DNA of 64,000 nucleotides from Candidatus Neptunichlamydia sp. (GTDB lineage Bacteria; Chlamydiota; Chlamydiia; Chlamydiales; Simkaniaceae): NCBI GenBank assembly GCA_965233865.1, contig OZ247587.1, positions 1,248,001 to 1,312,000 of the forward strand, read 5' to 3'. Shown piece by piece: positions 59,951 to 64,000 of this stretch (position 1 is its first letter; each line of letters starts with the position of its first letter). The notes under the pieces were generated by a model. It saw only the letters and a program-made list of their open reading frames with translations, ran no database searches and was not told where the DNA came from. The position numbers and the translations under genes were made by a program.

Positions 59951-60816
59951 ATCTCCTTCCATTTGTCATTGTAATCATTACCATCCTTGCACTCTTCTCG
60001 ACCTCTTTTTTCGATAGGCACATCATAGAGAAAAAAGAACAAGAGATCTATTTAGCCTACTTCAAGGGGCTCCGCGCTGCAAGAAATCACAAGGAAGACC
60101 TAGCCTACCGCGCTCTCAAAAAAAGGAGGAACCCCCAAAGCACTAATTCCTCAAAAAAAGACCTCTCAAAAAAGAAGGCCGAGTACTTCAGAAAAGAGAA
60201 AATTGGATGGGAAAATGGACGTCTCAATCTTTCCTCTCTAACTCAAGATGCTCAAAAATGGCCTGAACTCAAAGCAGTCACCATTGCCTATGTCAAGCGG
60301 CTTTACGCTGACCGTCCGTTTTTTCCAAAGGAAGAGAAATTTACCGAAAAATTAGTCAACGCTCTCCTCACCGCTTATAAAGAATCAGACTCACCGCTTC
60401 CCCTCCATAAGGTGACGCTAGAGGATCCATTTCATATTCCATTTTACAAAATGGTTAAAGGAACTCAAACTTATGACCTTAAATCGAAGACAGGGTGCCC
60501 TCCTTTTGGAGATTTTTTCACTTTTGAAGAGAGGGAAAGTCCTCCAATGTTTTTCCAAGATGCAAATACCATTTTCCTATCGATCGTCTTAGGAACGAAA
60601 AAAACACAAATGATCGAAGACGAAGAACTCAGAGAAATTGAAGAGTCAGGGGGCCATTATTCATCGTTTAACAGAACGAAATTGGAAGAGCTCCTTAGCG
60701 ATTCCCCTCCAAGTCCTCAACAACTCGACCTATTTGATTTCAGCCAAAAGAGCTCTCCTAGAAAACCAGGGAAACACACAGACCCAAAAACCCAAATTAC
60801 AGTGAGAGTGCCATAA
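59947..60816 (+). CDS. Membrane-anchored protein, possibly GspK-like
   Basis: N-terminal TM, ENGRLNL motif; ATGA-coupled to the pseudopilin. Confidence 0.5.
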   Translation: MNLLPFVIVIITILALFSTSFFDRHIIEKKEQEIYLAYFKGLRAARNHKEDLAYRALKKRRNPQSTNSSKKDLSKKKAEYFRKEKIGWENGRLNLSSLTQDAQKWPELKAVTIAYVKRLYADRPFFPKEEKFTEKLVNALLTAYKESDSPLPLHKVTLEDPFHIPFYKMVKGTQTYDLKSKTGCPPFGDFFTFEERESPPMFFQDANTIFLSIVLGTKKTQMIEDEELREIEESGGHYSSFNRTKLEELLSDSPPSPQQLDLFDFSQKSSPRKPGKHTDPKTQITVRVP

Positions 60817-61939
60817 CTGGCTGGAAAGCCAACTTGAAGGTCGTCCCTTTACCAACGGTAGATGTCACAGAGATTTCAGCATCATGCTTGCCTACAATTG
60901 CGTTCACAATTGAAAGCCCAAGTCCCGCCCCACCCATTCGACGAGAATGGGCTTTATCAACCGTATAAAACCGCTCAAAAATCTTATCGAGATCCTTTGG
61001 AGGAATCCCCATCCCTTTATCGGCAATGGATAGCTCAATCGAATCACCAAAATCAGCAACAATAATCGATAAAAACGCAGGATTTCCTGAGTACTTCACT
61101 CCATTTTCCAAAAGATTCATGATTGCTAGCTCCAAGAGGTCGGGATCGCCACTCACAAGAATAAACTCTTCATTATGGAACGATTCAATTTCAATTTCAG
61201 GATGAAGGGCAAGAAGTGAGTGACTACAGTTATCAATCATTCCAACCAGATCAACTTCCTGAAGGCGTGCTTTAGGGAGGTAGTCGAGATCTGCTAAAGT
61301 GAGGAGGTTTTTTACTAGGTTATCCATCCTCTGACAATTCCGCACAATTTTCTCTGTAAACTCAGTGAGCATAGCGTCTGAAATTTCAGGAAGGTCATAC
61401 ATTGTCTCAGCAAACCCCTTAATAATCGTAATTGGAGTTCGAAGTTCATGAGAAGCATTCGCAACAAAATCTTTTCCAAGCTGTTTTTTTTGATATTCGC
61501 CTGTGCTATCTAAGAGTGTTACCAAGATCTTCTTCTTTGCATCAAGAACCTTAAGGTCCAGCTCAATTCCTTCAAGCATTACCTTTTGAGAAAGCTTAGT
61601 TTCCTGTATCCGTTTTAGCAGGGGAAATCCCTCCTTTAATCGTGGCTGGTCAAAAAAAGGCGTGCCTACAAGGGATCTTTTATCTTGCTTAAGAAACAAC
61701 GCTCCCTTCTGATTAATTTCATCAATGTTACCTTTCCAGTTGAGAATGGCAACCCCTTCACGCAAACCGTCAAGGACAGAAAGGGATCGTTGCTTCTTCT
61801 TATTTCCTCTAAGAAGTTGAACAGTAATGGTGATTCCGAATAGGGCTAAAAAAAGAAACCATTCAAGAAAGGCATTGTACAAACATAAGAAACTTGCACA
61901 CCCAAGGGTCGATAAGAGGACAATATAGCGTTTTTTCAT
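60797..61939 (-). CDS. Sensor histidine kinase (PhoR-like)
   Basis: TM, PAS-like region, ANASHELRTP, NLLENGVKY, DKGMG, GAGLGL. Confidence 0.92.
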   Translation of the reverse strand: MKKRYIVLLSTLGCASFLCLYNAFLEWFLFLALFGITITVQLLRGNKKKQRSLSVLDGLREGVAILNWKGNIDEINQKGALFLKQDKRSLVGTPFFDQPRLKEGFPLLKRIQETKLSQKVMLEGIELDLKVLDAKKKILVTLLDSTGEYQKKQLGKDFVANASHELRTPITIIKGFAETMYDLPEISDAMLTEFTEKIVRNCQRMDNLVKNLLTLADLDYLPKARLQEVDLVGMIDNCSHSLLALHPEIEIESFHNEEFILVSGDPDLLELAIMNLLENGVKYSGNPAFLSIIVADFGDSIELSIADKGMGIPPKDLDKIFERFYTVDKAHSRRMGGAGLGLSIVNAIVGKHDAEISVTSTVGKGTTFKLAFQPVMALSL

Positions 61940-62032
61940 CTTTCAGATGATAACAAATTAGGACATTTTGTTGAAATTTTAGCACGCAGCTTGGTAAATT
62001 GATAGCGAAGGAAAAATGGCGATGTGGAGGCT

Positions 62033-62653
62033 ATGGCAAAAATCTATTTCTACTACTCAGCAATGAATGCAGGAAAAAGCACCACTCTTTTGCAGTCCAG
62101 TTACAACTACAAAGAAAGAGGAATGGATACCATTCTCTTTGCCCCATCTTTTGATGACCGCTTTGGCGACCCAGCAATTTATTCTAGAATTGGACTCAAG
62201 GAAGATGCAATTCTTTTTGATAAAAGTTTCAACCTCTACGAATATGTCTCAAAGGTTCAGGAAAAATTTGAGAACCTTCGGTGCATTTTGATTGATGAAG
62301 CTCATTTTTTAACCAAAGCCCAAGTTGCACAAATCATCGCAATTACAAAAGATCTCGGAGTTGCTTCCCTAAACTATGGTTTAAGAAGTGATTTTTTAGG
62401 AGAGCCCTTTGAAGGAAGCAAATATCTCTTAGTTTGGGCAGATGAAATCGTAGAAATTAAAACAATTTGCCACTGTGGAAGCAAAGCTACAATGAATATG
62501 AGAATTGACAACGCAGGGAAACCGATAAAATCGGGATCTCAAATTCAAATTGGAGGGAATGAAAGTTACACCTCAGTTTGTATGAAACACTTTATAAAAA
62601 ATGTGGAGGCGATCAGTCGATATGCCTTCGAGAAGGAAGGAGCAAATATATGA
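62033..62653 (+). CDS. tdk: Thymidine kinase
   Basis: YSAMNAGKST, IDEAHF, YGLRSDF, CHCG. Confidence 0.96.
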   Translation: MAKIYFYYSAMNAGKSTTLLQSSYNYKERGMDTILFAPSFDDRFGDPAIYSRIGLKEDAILFDKSFNLYEYVSKVQEKFENLRCILIDEAHFLTKAQVAQIIAITKDLGVASLNYGLRSDFLGEPFEGSKYLLVWADEIVEIKTICHCGSKATMNMRIDNAGKPIKSGSQIQIGGNESYTSVCMKHFIKNVEAISRYAFEKEGANI

Positions 62654-63924
62654 ATAATGTCAGTTCTTGGAAACGGAGAGTTCTTCCGTGGGTGGTTTGC
62701 CTTTCGGCATCGCTGTTTTTTGCGTATGAGCTTCTGCAACTCCACGTAATGAATGCTATTTCCCCCATGTTAATGAGAGATCTTAAACTGAGTGCCACAG
62801 ACTTTGGATATCTTAGCTCAACCTATTTAATTGCGGATGTCATTTTTCTTCTTCCTGCAGGAATCATTTTAGACCGTTTTTCTGTAAGAAGGGTTATCTT
62901 GACTGCTCTTTTCTTTTGCTTAGTGGGAACAGCAGGTTTTGCAAAGGCTACTTCGCTACCATTTGCAGCCGGATGTCACTTTCTTTCAGGAATTGGGAAC
63001 GCATTTTGCTTTTTAAGCTGTATCATGCTGATCTCTCGTTGGTTTCCCAAAGAAAGGCAAGCTTTTATCATCGGGCTTATGATTACCATTGGAATGCTTG
63101 GAGGGGTCGTTGCACAACTTCCCTTTTCACTTCTTGCTCAAACACTAACCTGGCGAGCAGCCCTAATGATTGATGCTGCAATTGGTGTGATCCTCTTTGC
63201 CCTTATCTTTTCTTTTGTGAAAGATGCTCCTATAAAAATTACAGAAAAACAAGAAACCAAAATTCTATTTTTTGAAGGGCTCAAAAGATCTGTTTTAAAC
63301 TCCCATAACATTTGCTCTGGGTTGTACATCTGCTTGATGAACCTCCCCTTAATGATTATTAGTGCAGTTTGGGGAACTCTTTTTTTAACTCAAGTTCATC
63401 ACATAGCTCTGACAACAGCCTCTTTTATTGTCAGTATGATTTGTATGGGAACGATTGTAGGTTCTCCACTCTACGGCTGGATATCAGACAAGATCCAAAA
63501 GCGAAAAGCTCTCATGGTTTTTGGAGGAGTGGTGTCTATAGTAATCTTCATGCTAATCCTACTTATTCCCTATCCGAGTGAGGGAATGTTTATATTTCTA
63601 TTCTTTTTCCTTGGTTTTTTTAGTAGCTCTCAGACCCTAGGTTACCCAGCTATTACAGAAAACAATCCCAAAGAATTAACAGGAACCTCTATGGGAATTG
63701 CAGCATTAATCATCATGGGATTCCCTGCGTTTATCCAACCCCTTTCTGGGAAGCTTCTTGATATGGGTTGGGATGGAACAATGGCAAATGGAGCGCCATT
63801 ATATTCTGCAGCAGATTTTCGCACAGCGTTTTTAATTTTTCCCGTTGGCTTTTTGACAGCTTTGTTTGCCCTCTCAAAAATCAAAGAACGTTCTAAAAAG
63901 CAATTTCTGAAAACGATCTATTGA
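62650..63924 (+). CDS. MFS transporter
   Basis: About 12 TM segments; GIILDRFSVRR; ATGA overlap with tdk. Confidence 0.88.
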   Translation: MNNVSSWKRRVLPWVVCLSASLFFAYELLQLHVMNAISPMLMRDLKLSATDFGYLSSTYLIADVIFLLPAGIILDRFSVRRVILTALFFCLVGTAGFAKATSLPFAAGCHFLSGIGNAFCFLSCIMLISRWFPKERQAFIIGLMITIGMLGGVVAQLPFSLLAQTLTWRAALMIDAAIGVILFALIFSFVKDAPIKITEKQETKILFFEGLKRSVLNSHNICSGLYICLMNLPLMIISAVWGTLFLTQVHHIALTTASFIVSMICMGTIVGSPLYGWISDKIQKRKALMVFGGVVSIVIFMLILLIPYPSEGMFIFLFFFLGFFSSSQTLGYPAITENNPKELTGTSMGIAALIIMGFPAFIQPLSGKLLDMGWDGTMANGAPLYSAADFRTAFLIFPVGFLTALFALSKIKERSKKQFLKTIY

Positions 63925-64000
63925 TTTTGAAAAACATGCACTATTCAGATTGAGAGCTCACCCCCCCCTGCAACACTACCAGTACCGATTAGAACGATTT

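Overview
Chromosomal window from a member of the Chlamydiota, probably an environmental Simkaniaceae-like lineage. This is inferred from the chlamydial gene orders gspE-gspF-pseudopilins, ispA-glmU, tatD-sdhCAB and mnmG-lplA, plus a MOMP-like porin. Housekeeping blocks at 1-14.66 kb and 43.4-64 kb flank a heavily rearranged ~28.5-kb accessory island (~14.7-43.3 kb). The island is dominated by 12 paralogues of a ~135-165 aa gene with an N-terminal coiled coil and a U-box/SP-RING-like domain that keeps only one Zn site (ELRPLCEE-x-P-x-DA-x-DPV...CxH...CxxC). Each sits behind one of a few conserved promoter/RBS blocks, and nearly all are translationally coupled to a variable partner gene. Partners include a Cys-His papain-like domain, an NleD/M91-like HExxH protease, a second U-box protein and truncated partners sharing an NHP...GYxPGFY N-terminus. 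I propose this repeated E3-like + effector cassette array as the candidate undescribed system. The island also has two copies of a URI/GIY-YIG-like toxin with Imm26-like immunity, another toxin-immunity remnant, four TM/coiled-coil genes, a tandem-repeat Inc-like plus RING-H2 operon, a divergent S15-like ORF, resolvase and ParB-like fragments, and IS3, IS200 and IS630 elements. Elsewhere are two tRNAs, several pseudogenes, an IS5 in a decayed OPT transporter, an IS630-type MITE and a DnaA-box-like cluster. All family calls come from motif recognition by eye; no database search was run.
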